NCBI GenBank assembly: GCA_036172245.1 | Contig: JAYWIR010000001.1 | Span: forward strand, 4,216,001 to 4,280,000 | DNA from: Raillietiella orientalis | Taxonomy: Eukaryota | Length of the DNA stretch: 64,000 nucleotides | Direction: 5' to 3' | Shown here: piece by piece, positions 1-11,199 of the stretch | How positions within the stretch are numbered: position 1 is the stretch's first letter | How the letters are laid out: every line of letters starts with the position of its first letter | Position numbers and translations under genes: made by a program | Notes under the pieces: generated by a model | The model's database searches: none | The model's input: only the letters and a program-made list of their open reading frames with translations | What the model was told of the DNA's origin: nothing

Positions 1-104
1 ACTCAACAGGTGCCGAACATTTTTGGACGATGTAGGGCTGATGGCTCTACACATGTATATTTATTATTTTTATAATAAACGCCTCGGCTTGATCTAGTGT
101 TAAA
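1..104 (+). mobile_element. 3' tail of an L1/Tx1-type non-LTR retrotransposon (runs off window start)
   Basis: Closely similar to 48421-48518 (ggtgccgaacatttttggacgatgtag...gtgttaaa). Hairpin at 31-51; AATAAA inside the stem at 60-79. Confidence 0.75.
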
Positions 105-619
105 CCAGGGGCGTTTCTCGCTGCCCGTCAATTCGAGGGATGCCGTCGTCCCCGATCCTGTAAGCGTCTCGACTCTCGTGGTGCCAGTCCTGTGGGAAAA
201 AGGAGCAGATCCAACTCCTCCTCAACCTCACCATGGTAAGGGAGAAGGCAGACGATGGGAAGTCGAGAGCCAACCGCCGCCTCTTCCTCAAGCAGCCAGG
301 CCAAGGTTCTTCCACACGGTTGCAATCTTTCGCTGAAGAGACTTCAGACGAGAGAGTCACAGCCGCGCTGACTCCGAAGAGGCTCTCTCGAAGCGCGACG
401 CGTGCGGTCCTGCATGCTGCTGCGAGAAGAGTGAATCCGGGAGCATGCTGGTCCGTAGCACGTGATCTTCTCGTGTCGGCATCCTCGGTCGCGAGTTTTT
501 CCTCGGGAGCGCATCCGAGAATCCAGACTCTGGAGTCACCTTGAGACAATGTTGGCTCGCTCGACGTCTGGACCTCGAGGATCGGGAAGGAGAGGAAGCC
601 GTTCTCCTGCACCACGTCC

Positions 620-1320
620 CCCTTATTATCTACCCGCGGGCGGAAGCTCCGAGCCGCACTCCGAACTGCACCCGTAAGGACACAGAATAAATAAAAAGTT
701 TGCCCAGGAGGGAGGAAAAAAAATAACGAATTCCCTGTTCCTCCCTTACTACCCACCCACCTACAAGGGGGGAGCAAGCCGCAAGGAGACCGCGGTAGGA
801 GCGTGGGAAGTCTTTCTTCGACAAGGCACCGCCTCCAGGCTCGAAGAGCCGACGCAACGACAGCCCGGAAGTGCAACTCAGCAGGTTGAACGCCGCTTTC
901 CAAGGAACTCTTGGACCTGGATCTCCCATGCGAGCCACACGCAGCTCCCTGGGATCCCGGTTTCGTCCTGACGGCTGTCGGAAGAGAGGCAAGGGAGGAA
1001 AGGACCGCAGCGGCTGAGCGGTCGGATTCCGCGCTCCCTTCGGTCCGCGCCCTCAGCAGCAGTGGAAGGTTCGCGGTGGTGACCCTCTGACGGAGCGCTC
1101 TGGCAAGCTCGGGGGATAAGTTTCCGCTCATCCCGAGCTCCGAAAGAACGGCTGCGGTTCCCACGCGTCGCGTAGGCTGGATGCGCGCGCGACCCGAGGT
1201 GACGACGAAGGACGATGAGCTCCGGAATTGCGGCGCCAGATGAAGGAAAGGTGCGAAGGAAGCCGTCAGGGCTCCAGCAATCGCACCTGGAAGGTGAAAT
1301 CGCGACAGGGAAGTGCCGAC
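620..1320 (-). mobile_element. Degenerate non-LTR ORF2 C-terminus/3' UTR fragment
   Basis: Minus-strand peptides (SCVWLAWEIQVQEFLG, ALRAWRRCL) are followed by a T/C-rich tract like the other tails. Boundaries are uncertain. Confidence 0.35.
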
Positions 1321-1374
1321 CACCGCGGCTAAACCGGAAGAGGAGCATCATGACGGCTGGTCCACTCCCGGAAC

Positions 1375-3437
1375 TTGCTCGACCTCCCGAAACATTGCTC
1401 TTTCGGGCTCCCTCGCCCCCCTTTCCGAGGAGACGACTGGGCTCACAGGATGGTACCCCTCAAGAGGTGGTCTCTGGTGCTCTTCGACTCCCACACCCTC
1501 CCATTAAAGTGGCCAGGAGTCGGCGCTGCTGCTGCTGCACTGGAGTCTCCCGTGCAACGCCCGCCATCATCACTGGACACGTGATGATGTGGATCCCAAC
1601 TCTGGCAAGTGCGGAGAGCATGAATCCCTCTCGCACCTGCTTGTGGACTGAGTCGCCCTCCGGCCCCTCTGGAGAACGCTTCTCTGCGACTCTAGGAACA
1701 TCGGGCGGCAACTCCAGGGACGCTCGGAAATCCCTCTTCGTTCGCTTTAAACCCGGTTCGCCGGGACGTTTATTTTGTCAATAAACTTATCCATATTGTG
1801 ACTGGACCAGTAGTCCAGCCACGTCCTAGAATGTTGCAGCTTGCCGGACTACCGGTGCGCAGACCGGCGCGGTCGACCTCGGCAGCAGAGGGGAATTGGA
1901 ACGAAACAAAAAGAAAACAAAAAAATAAACAAAACTGGGGAGGGAGCGGGAAGGGATCACTGTCTGCTGGGAGGGTCCGTCATCCTCTGAAGGATGCTGG
2001 CAAGCTGTTGTCGAATGGTGGATGTCAGATGGGGCCATCGCGTCGCAATCCTCAGGAAGCGGGCGGCATACACGGTGGCATCCCTGTCGCTGGTTCCTCC
2101 CGTCGCTTTGCTCCATGCCACGACGATCCCGCGTAGGCAGCACAGGGTTGCAAGCGACGCCGCTGGAGGCAGGGCGTCTCGGACGAAGAGGGGGCGCAAA
2201 GCGTCTCTGGGGTTGCCTCCGGGGATACCCAAGGCCGCGGCAAAGCGTTCCCACAAGGGACGGATGGCAACACAATCCACTAACAGGTGGGGGAGGTATT
2301 CCCTCTCCCCACACCTGACACAATTGGGGTTGACACCCTCCCGCGTCCAGTGGTGTCGGCGGGCGTTGCAGGGCAGGCCCCAATGCAACACCAGCAGTGC
2401 CGACTGTTGCCACTTCATGGGAGGGTGCGCGAGTCCATGAGCTCCGGGGGCCACTCGAGATGTTCCTCCGGAACATCCAGTAGCTCGCCCCAGAGCAACA
2501 GTCCTTTTGGGATGGTCCTCGGGGTCGCAGCGTTGGTCAGCTGGCCCGTTCTCCAATCCCCGATTTTCTTTTCCCTGTCGGCGATCTTGAATGTGACCTC
2601 CCATTGTGCCGCGACGTCGCTGCCCAGATGTTCCCGTAGGGTAGGCAGTACCGTAGCAAGGGAGGTTCTTTGTGCCCACGCTCTCCTTCGGGGATCCTCG
2701 ACGATTTCTCGGAGCGTGCGGTGGGCGTGCGGCCCGAACAGAGCTATTCGCTCGTATTGCGGGCTCTGCTCCTGAGTCATCGCCCACGTGCGAACGGTTT
2801 CCTGCAGCCAGGCCGTATTGTTCGCGGGGCGTACGAAGATCGATCCAGTGTTGGTCTTCACGAGTTTGGCCTCCCTCCGAAGCTGGATTCCGCAGTGGCA
2901 GATCGGCCTTCGAAGTGCAAAGTAGGACGAGAGTCCCGCGTTGCCGGTGGCCCTCTTCGTTCGCGACCCCCTTTGGCCCGCAGCATCGTGAGCAGCTCTC
3001 TGCTATCTACGCGGGATTGTAGCTTTCTGGAGTCACGCAAGAGGAGGGCACAGCGACAGTGGTGCCACATTCACTTCGTTGTCCGATTCACGAGGGTGGC
3101 AACGAGATGGCCTCACCTGAAAACTGTATTGCAGCAAGAGCTTGTCGGTATCCTTCAAAGGATGCTGAGGACGATTCCCAGCAAAACGTGATCTCTTCCC
3201 ACCCACCCACCAACTTATTTATTTATTTTTATTTTTGTTCCCTTTCCTTTTTGTTTGCCCCCCTCCCCTCTGCTACTATAGCGGACCTCACCGGTCTACC
3301 AAGCGGTAACCCAGAAGACTCTCGGTAAGACGAACGTGGTTGGACCGCTGGTCCAACCACAGAGACTGTGGTGGTGATGATGGTGGTGGTGGTGGTTTTT
3401 AATATGAAATAAACGCCCCGGCGCATCCGGGCGACAA
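1375..3437 (+). mobile_element. 5'-truncated L1/Tx1 element (zf-RVT region plus 3' tail), interrupted by the insertion at 1746-2950
   Basis: HWSLPCNARH...KCGEHESLSHLLVD lies before the insertion; LFVRDPLWPAAS...WPHLKTVLQQELVGILQRMLRTIPSKT* follows it. Tail hairpins at 3336-3360 and 3414-3433. Confidence 0.8.
1746..2950 (-). mobile_element. 5'-truncated L1/Tx1 insertion with 14-bp TSD
   Basis: TSD CCCTCTTCGTTCGC at 1732-1745 and 2951-2964. zf-RVT-like LHWGLPCNARRH...CVRCGEREYLPHLLVDC in ORF 1957-2787. Ends in ccgggtttaaa. Confidence 0.9.
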
Positions 3438-3541
3438 TCAAGAAGTGGCTCCCAACACAGGGAAGGAAGCAAAGATCCGAAACTTTGAGGCTCTGCACCT
3501 CGAAGACCTCCGTCATCCCGGAGCCAATCAGGGTCCACGGA

Positions 3542-4219
3542 GCCCAAAACCCGAACGGCCAAAATCTCGAAGAAAAATAATACATAGGTTTACTTATCTG
3601 AATATATGTACAGATTATATGCATTATAAAAATTATAAAAATAAATACATATCTTCATTATACATACTAAAGTATATTTGCACTTATAACAACCATATGT
3701 GAAATGAATATATGAAGACGTTCATCGAGCAATCCAAATTTCGTAAATCGAAGTCGTCGCTTCCCGAGGAGGCTGCGTCTGTCGAGTGCTGGAAAAGGAA
3801 ATGAGAAATTTCCTTTTTCTTTTTTTGATTTGCTCGCTTTTAATTTTTCTCTCACTATTTTTAATCATCGCAATTACTTACTTTTTTTGAAAATTCGGCA
3901 TTTGTATATTCATTTCGTATAGATATATATTATATGTATAAATATATATTAAAATATGATACATATATGCAGATTTATAATCTTTGTTACCTACATTAAT
4001 TAAATACGTGCATATTGTAAATTATATTATTAAACATGTATGTAAAAATAAATTCCATATTAATCTATATATAGATTCATGAACACATAAAAAATATATA
4101 CATTTTTATAATAGTTATAATATTTATTCATCTATACATTAATGTATATAGGAATTTATATATTAATACATATAATAAACATATGTATTTATTTTTAATG
4201 ATCTTTCTGGATTTTGAGC
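3542..4219. mobile_element. AT-rich non-autonomous TIR (MITE/foldback-like) element, copy 1
   Basis: Imperfect TIRs (caaaa[t]cccgaacg... / ...ctttctggattttgagc) and AT-rich arms. The central spacer is homologous, in opposite orientation, to that of 23461-24515. Confidence 0.65.
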
Positions 4220-5599
4220 GTCCTTCTTCCTTCCTATCTAGATAGTACCTAGTAGAAGCTCCTTCAGGGATTCTGGGAGCAAAGGTGTCCCAGGATTTCA
4301 GAAACGAGGAGGAGGCTAGAGCTGAAGGCTGCAACATTTCTTAGAAGATGAGGATGGCAAGGAAGGGGTGCTGAGGGGGGAAGACAGAAAGCAACGGATT
4401 CCTGAGGAAAGCTCCGGGACCTTTCTCCTCCAAAAATGGTGACTTCCTAACTGCTTTCTTGAGGAAGTTCTTCAGCAGTGGCGATGTTTCGGCAAAATCC
4501 TGCTCGACTCCTTTAGGGTGGCGAGTGGATATCCGGGAGTAGGGGAGGAGGGCAAGGCAGATCTTCCTCCTAGGCTACTTGGCCAGATCGTTCATCCTAG
4601 AAGCAAAGGCACAGAGTTCCAGACGCAGCCGAAGCGACACCCCGGGATGCCTCACGCGCTGGCGTGAACCTGCGGCAGATTTCCCGAGGCAGCGAGACTG
4701 CATAAAGAACTTGCCTCCGGCTTGGTGACGAGAGGGAAACCGGTCCAGATGGCTACGTGCTGCTCTCGAGACCTTTCACTTCAACGAGTTCACTTCCCTC
4801 CCCTTTTCCTTGACTCTTTCCCAGGAGCAGCTGCGAGCACCAGAGAGTCACTGAACTCTGTCCTTGGCGACACATGTGGCTCGTGTGAAGGAAAGGCTGG
4901 GTTAAGGGGAGGGTAAGACGAAACGGAGAGCACCAGTGGCTGACCAAGAATACAACTTTGTGTAGTGTGTCTTTTGAGATTCCGTGTGGAACGAAGACTG
5001 GGAGAAGCACTGTGATCATGCAAAAAGGAGGAAGGAGAACAGAACCACCCCCTCCTCCCCAGTGAGATCTCAAAGGGAGACGTGAACAGAATTATATTTT
5101 GTGGATCAGGAGTGCCACAAGTTCGGGAGTGGTCACATCCGTAACCTGTCTGTAGGATGCTTGTTGAAGGTGTCTTCTTCGGACACTGCTCAGGTGGCAG
5201 CGCCGCGGTTCTAGGCGGTGTGCTGTCAGACAGTCGTGGAACTTTTTAGTTGCACCCTTTTACACGGCACGTTCACCGGCACGAGAGGGATGAAAAACGA
5301 ATGCAGAAAAGGGGAATTCTTCTGGAGAGAAAAAAGTAGTTCCAGAGGTGGCAGTTCGAGGACGAGGATGGCAGAATCGAAACACAGTCCGTCCCAAGAT
5401 GTCGACATCCCCTCCCACTCGAGCAATGATTCCCTCCCCCCTGCCCCCTCCTCCCTTTTTTTTTATCACTTCCACCGTCTTCTTGCAACTCTTTCTGGAA
5501 GGAGGTTTGAAGGTTTCCTAGACATGAACTCCTCGTCCAGCTCCACACATCTCATCCCACAGAAATCTTTCCCGCGAAAGCGGCTCCAATCCTTTATTC

Positions 5600-7650
5600 C
5601 AGTAGAAGGGTGGGTGGGAATGTCCCATGAGGGAAGCACGTGACTCTGTCCCACGGAGCACAAGAAACTTCCCTCACACAGCGCGCTCCGAGTCAAACAT
5701 CACTGGTAAAATTATGAAAATCATGTCCACGGGGGATCCAAACATAGATAGGGAGGCAGGATGGAGAGTCCGCCACCTCACCTTTCGACCTCTCTCTCGT
5801 CCACCCTCCTGTGCTTTTTCACAGCCTTTTTCACGGCGGACGACGATCACCCAGGCTGTATCCCTGTTATTATGGAAATGCTGCATCTTTGGGTCGACCA
5901 TTCTTGATGAACAGGACTGTTGGAAGTGATGATGCAGGACACGGCATATTGGTCGACCCTGTCTGTCATGCCCCTTGCCGCAGCGCTTTCGGCCCCAAGG
6001 GCAGGCGACGATAGTTGCCAGCCGGCCAGGTGGGAGTTTTCCTGAATCAGCGTAGGAGAGAGGAAACTCCTTAGCGACCGGAAGACGCGCGAGCTAGTGG
6101 ATGCTGCCACTCCGCGGACTCTGGCAACAAAGCTCCTTCGGTGGAGTCAACTTTGAAGTGTCACTCCCGAGGGACTTGTGGTGTCACTCTCCAATGTTTG
6201 CACACATCTGTGTTCCCGCTGTCCTGGAAACAGGCCGTGCTGCTCTTTCTGTGCTGGGAACTCCAGTGCAACGAGCTCCCCCCACCGTGTTTTCACAGGG
6301 GCTGCATCCCCGAACTGTGCCACGTGCAGGTGGGTAGGGTCACCCCCGCACATGCTTTTGGACTGTGGAGCTTTCCTCCAAGGATTGTGGCGGAGACTGG
6401 CATCAGCGCTTCTGCACCAGGAGGACACCGCCCGCGACCTGCTGCAATGGTTCTTCGCTCCGGGAGGACTCTCGACGGGCTCCGGGATCGCGACGGTGGG
6501 TTGCGTCCGTACCATCGTTACGGCCCGCCGTGTGTCCGAGACGACCACGCAGCAAAGGGAGGCCGCCTGCATGAGGACGGCTGCAAGGTGACCTCACCTG
6601 CAAGAGGAGGTCAACGAGGAGATTGCCGGCATCCAGCACCGGTTTTGAAAGTTGGGAACGGCGGACATTGGTGACTCTTGTTTTTTCTTTATCTCCCTTT
6701 ATTTTTTCTGTCTGATTCCCCCGTCCTTTCGCTCCGTAACTTTCCCCGTTCTTGTACGTTGATCTCGGTGCATACAGAGTGAACCCAAAGACACATTGCT
6801 CCATCCCTCCCGTACTTCCTTATTTTTGTTGTGTTGTTTCCTTTCTCCAGTTCCACACTTTCAGATATCCCGACTTGCGTGTCGGCGAACCCTCCTCCTC
6901 AACTTCCTTTATCTTCGGTTAGGAACCAGCGTGTTCCCAACTGGAGACACACTCTCAGGAATTTCGTTTCATTTTCATTAAACAAATGCCCCGGTGTGAC
7001 CGGGTGAAAAACTTCTTGATCGATGTACCAAGCCTGATGCCTGGGAAATTTCGACTTCCGGCGTTTTTGTCTGTGGCCCAAGACCTCTGAAGTCCTGCTG
7101 CCAGTCCTTTTATTGTGGCAGGCAGCCCTTTGGATGAGAAGTCGAGACCCAACTCTCAGTGCCTGCTCTCTCCTTTCTCTTCTCTCTTTGAGTGCTGTTG
7201 AATGGCGGCGACGTCCAGGATGAGTGCTTTTCCCTCTCCCTGGAGCGCCATGACTCTCCTTTGGATTTGCTCTCAGGACGGTCTGGTCGGTGGTCATGAA
7301 CTCCCAGAGTCGCAGAATAGGTTCCTGCTTCGAGTCAACAACAGCTCTTCTTGCCTCTCTGCAATCCCACGCTGGCTGCAAATGCATACCTGCTCAGGAC
7401 GTGTCCCAAGGATTCCTCCCACTTTCCACGCCTGCGCAGCCGGATCTGCGACGCTTCTGATACAGCATACGCCGGAGAAGGCAGGAGACTGGGTAGCGCG
7501 CGAGGGTGGACCTTGAGCTAGGAAAAATAAGGTGTTCTCCGCTGAATAGGAAAGGAAAGAAGCCCAACGTTGCCCAACTAAGGTCACGGGCGTCCCTCTA
7601 TCCGGATGTTTTGCAATGAGGGACGCCTGTGCTGACCTGGTTGAATTCAT
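5600..7650 (-). mobile_element. Degenerate L1/Tx1 ORF2 (end of RT and downstream region), host of the insertion at 5909-7012
   Basis: NFPGIRLG (like the YLGI motif) lies right of the insertion; QEWST and GRKVRWRTLH lie left of it. Boundaries are approximate. Confidence 0.55.
5909..7012 (+). mobile_element. 5'-truncated L1/Tx1 insertion with probable 8-bp TSD
   Basis: TTCTTGAT at 5901-5908 and 7013-7020. The peptide ELVDAATPRTLATKLLRW aligns with the element at 1746-2950; zf CATCRWVGSPPHMLLDC. Ends ccgggtgaaaaac. Confidence 0.8.
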
Positions 7651-7699
7651 CCTTGGTCCACGAGATAGTGTGCCAGGTCGTGGACACTTGGATCATCTT

Positions 7700-8400
7700 A
7701 CACACCCATCAATTCCTGACTGTCTTGGCTGGGACAGCTTATGAGCTTTGAGCAGCTCGATCTTGCAACAGCTCGCGAAGGCATCTCCTTCTGAACCTGG
7801 AATCATTCTTCCCGGAAGCCAATTCTAGCAAGAACTTCCCAAAGGTCACTGGAATCTCCATGTGCTATTATGCGATTCCTGGATTGCAAAAGACGCAACC
7901 AGAGTTGAACGTCGGGACACTCCACAAGATGAAGCACCGTGTCACCATATGCAATACCCGAGGATAGACACATCATGTAAGTGGTGAAGGAGGGTTCATC
8001 AGCAGGTTGAAACCATTTGCAGCCATACACTTTGGACCACTTCCAGACACCAAAGAGAAGAAACCCATTCCAAGAGTGAATCGGGGATGTGCCAGGGAGC
8101 TTACGTGATGTTCCTGTACATGTTTTACCCCGAAATGAATTCCGCAGTGCGCTTTCGAGAATGGAAAGGAAGAATGTCGTTAGCACACGACTTTGAAGCT
8201 CAATCCGCGCGATGCACCAGCCGAAAATCAGCATCTTCAGCACCAATGTAATTACAAAGGATCATAAATACTGCTGACTGCAAGCACTGAAGAACTTGTG
8301 AATTACGTCCCCAAGTGTTGGTTAAAGCAGTCGTTAACTCGCGGAACACACTCTCAAGCTTGAGGCGATTGACTCGACCCATCAGAGGAAGCGGGGAAAT
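7700..8400 (-). mobile_element. Degenerate non-LTR zf-RVT region
   Basis: ORF 7803-8246 contains MCLSSGIAYGDTVLHLVECPDVQLW, resembling a CxxC...HL..EC zinc finger. Confidence 0.5.
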
Positions 8401-9054
8401 TCTTACGGGAACGAGGTCGTCTCGAGGCAGGTCAGGGACGGCCGGGCGCCCCTCACATGGTCGGGATAATCTCGTAGAGCTTCTGGAAGTCCACAGGGTC
8501 CTTCTTGGAGTCCTTTCTTTTGCTCGGCGCCACCTTCACATGCATCTCCTTGGCCGACATGCTTAGGTTGAGCTCGGCCTTCCAGCTCGGGGAGGAACGG
8601 ACGACGACCTTGTCGGTGGCGCCAGTGGCGGTTCGGCCCAAAGGGCTTCCCACCGTCCGTCGACGAGACGCTAGAACTTCCCGTCAAAGACCTTTCGTCG
8701 AAGTCCCGCGAAGGCACGAGACTCCGACCTGCACCTCGCCCCTCAGGCAGTTGTCCACGCCCTCGTCCCCCTCGCCGTTCACGCTTAAATCCCCAAGAAA
8801 ATCCCCATCCGCTGCTTGCCTCCTCCATCGACATGGATTGTGAAATCCGGTTGCCACTGACAGATTTTATTCTTCGGACGGGATCGACAGGAGATGTCGG
8901 TGCTTATTCAATGGCTGGGGTAGCAGCCTGCTTTTATTCGAGCGAATCAAAGCTCACTTGTGATATTTTTCAGATGAAGGATATCATGCGTGAGATGGGG
9001 CTAGCAAAGACATCGCAGCGTCTGCTCGGGTACCGCATAGCAAGCAATTAAAGT

Positions 9055-10900
9055 ACACACCCCTTTTAGGGGAGCCCCCAATTTATCCCGAATCACTCGA
9101 AGACACACACGAACATGGAGAAAAAGACGAGGAACACTCCAAATCATGCCTGAGGCACCCAAGGTGAGTACACGACTCACACAAAATCACAAAAAAACTC
9201 GATTCCGTCACAGGCGCGCAACCCACGTTCCCGGTACCGACAAAGCATACCACAGGAACTGTGGACGGCTTCGCAAATACTTGGTGGATGTTGTGATGTC
9301 TTTCTGCACCCTGCCAGAGGTTCCCTTTTCACTGAGCATTGAGCGGCGTGCAGGGTGGAAGGAGCAACAACGAAAAGAAAAAGGAAGGCACCAGATCTGG
9401 TCTCACCAGATAACTAACAGGACACAAGAAGTTCCTTATTTTTAGTAATTCTGGATCCAGGACAGGTCCAGCTTTTGAAATTTGAAGCGTAATTTAATAC
9501 GCTGTTCACAGATTTAAATGATGTCATTCGATCCAAGATAAATCAAAAATCCCAATTAGATGAGGAATGCACTGAATGCAAGATCGTTCTAAAGTTTGTA
9601 CGAGCTAAGAGCTGAGAGCTGCTCGATCTTCGATTCTTTGAATTTCCGGTTATCCTGATTTTGAGAAAAAGCGCAACAGATTTTCCTTCCGGACGATCTG
9701 CCACGTGGAAAGTTAATTGCCACCTGGACACCCATGGATATGGAAACGTAAACTTTTTTAATCACCGCTCAAAGAATATGGAATTCTTGATTCTGTTTAA
9801 AAGTTCCGCAGATATTAATGCAGTTCTCATCACCGAGGGAGAAAGGAGGTGCAAAGCATGAACCCCGTTTTTTCCTGTGTTATACGAGTATACTACATAA
9901 TTGATCTCTAATGAGTCTCAGTCGGATTATTTGCTCCCGATGGAAGCAAACAATCCAAAATTTGGGGTTTTTTGTTTTCCTTTTTTTCCTGGACATGATG
10001 GAGAATGCTCCTGAATGCTGTGAAAATTTGAGCTCCAAGTCTTCGGCATTGTCAAGGAAGTTTTCTGGAAAATTCCGCGCACGCGGAAAGATGGGTGCAC
10101 GAGAAACCCATTCCGGTGCATGAAACGACTCAGTCCCCACATCATGAGTCACTATTACAATGACAACCTCAGGATCACGAATGTCCTCCACAGACCAGAG
10201 GATGGCGTTAACCTCGCAATTTTGGGGGTCCTCAGCGTATCAGAGATTCGCGCATCCACAATTGTCAGCCCTACGATTTCTATGCTGTCTCTCCTCCTTA
10301 TGCACCAAGTGAATCTGAAAAGTTGACTTTAGCATTCACAGATGCACACAGAATATTCGATTTTTAACCAGGGTGTGCCTTGCGTTCACGAGAGCTCCGG
10401 AAATAACGTACAAACACAAGAAAAGCAGCCATTCTTTGTTTTCCCAAACACGCAAGATCAGCTCTCCCTTCTCCAGGGCTTTTAGACTACCCCCAGAGAT
10501 ACCGAGTTCTGCACCTGTTATTACTTGTGAGTTGATCTTTCAACGCATATCCATTTTCTCTCCCAGGGACCCACCGTAGAAGCAGTGACATCGATATGGT
10601 GCAACCCTCTTTCGTAAGTCATCCAAACCACAGCACATCATTCAGAAATGCCGTAAGTTTGTCATTAAAAAATCGTATGCGGAACCCAACAGAATTACGT
10701 CCCTGGCCAAGTACACTATCTCGTGAAATATCCTTTGACCAAATATCCTTTGTCAATGGCATTCGGGATTCCCGGTCGGCCAAATCTTCATAAGAAACCA
10801 CGAGAGCTCAAAATTGCGAATCGTGATCACAGTGAAGAAGTGAAGACTTAGTCAGTGTGCTGGAAAACAAGGGCTAAATTTACTATGACGACGAAATACA
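9055..10900 (-). mobile_element. Old L1-like element (RT remnant, zinc-finger remnant, candidate 3' tail)
   Basis: GCTISMSLL near 10570-10605 resembles RT motif QGCPLSxxLF, and KSNIL occurs near 10360. A GT-rich UTR ends in gATAAAtt...cccct-aaa-agggg-tgtg at about 9055-9090. Confidence 0.45.
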
Positions 10901-11199
10901 AAACTCATGTTTAGAATAACACCGCACTTTGCTCGAGGAAGCACTCGATTGGGTTAGGTCCGGTCATCCTGGCACAAGGGCAGAGAAAGCGGTCGTCGGT
11001 GAGGGAGAAAATAGAAGGAAAGACCAACCAAATGCAGATGGTTGACTTGCATCCTAACAACCGCTTAACTACTGACAGAAGATTGGACGGTCGTCAAACA
11101 CTAACCCAGCTGCCGATGCTACACCAATGCAAAAAAAAATTTCAAGTTCTGGGGAAATTTCAAATTGGGAGTTGGGAATCCGTTTTGATGCATTGACAT

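Noticed and set aside
31-51. Hammerhead ribozyme suggested by ctgatg in a hairpin
   Set aside because: No CUGAUGA/GAAA core or three-way junction; the motif is the loop of tail hairpin A.
80-104. Helitron 3' end (hairpin plus CTAG)
   Set aside because: CTAG is not conserved in the other tails, which follow zf-RVT coding sequence and have 8-16 bp TSDs, unlike Helitrons.
100-1323. 407-aa minus-strand ORF
   Set aside because: It crosses apparent element junctions and a T-rich UTR-like tract and has no coherent domain.
3367-3396. His-rich ORF (HHHHHHHHHH)
   Set aside because: It is a GTG/GAT microsatellite in a retroelement 3' UTR.
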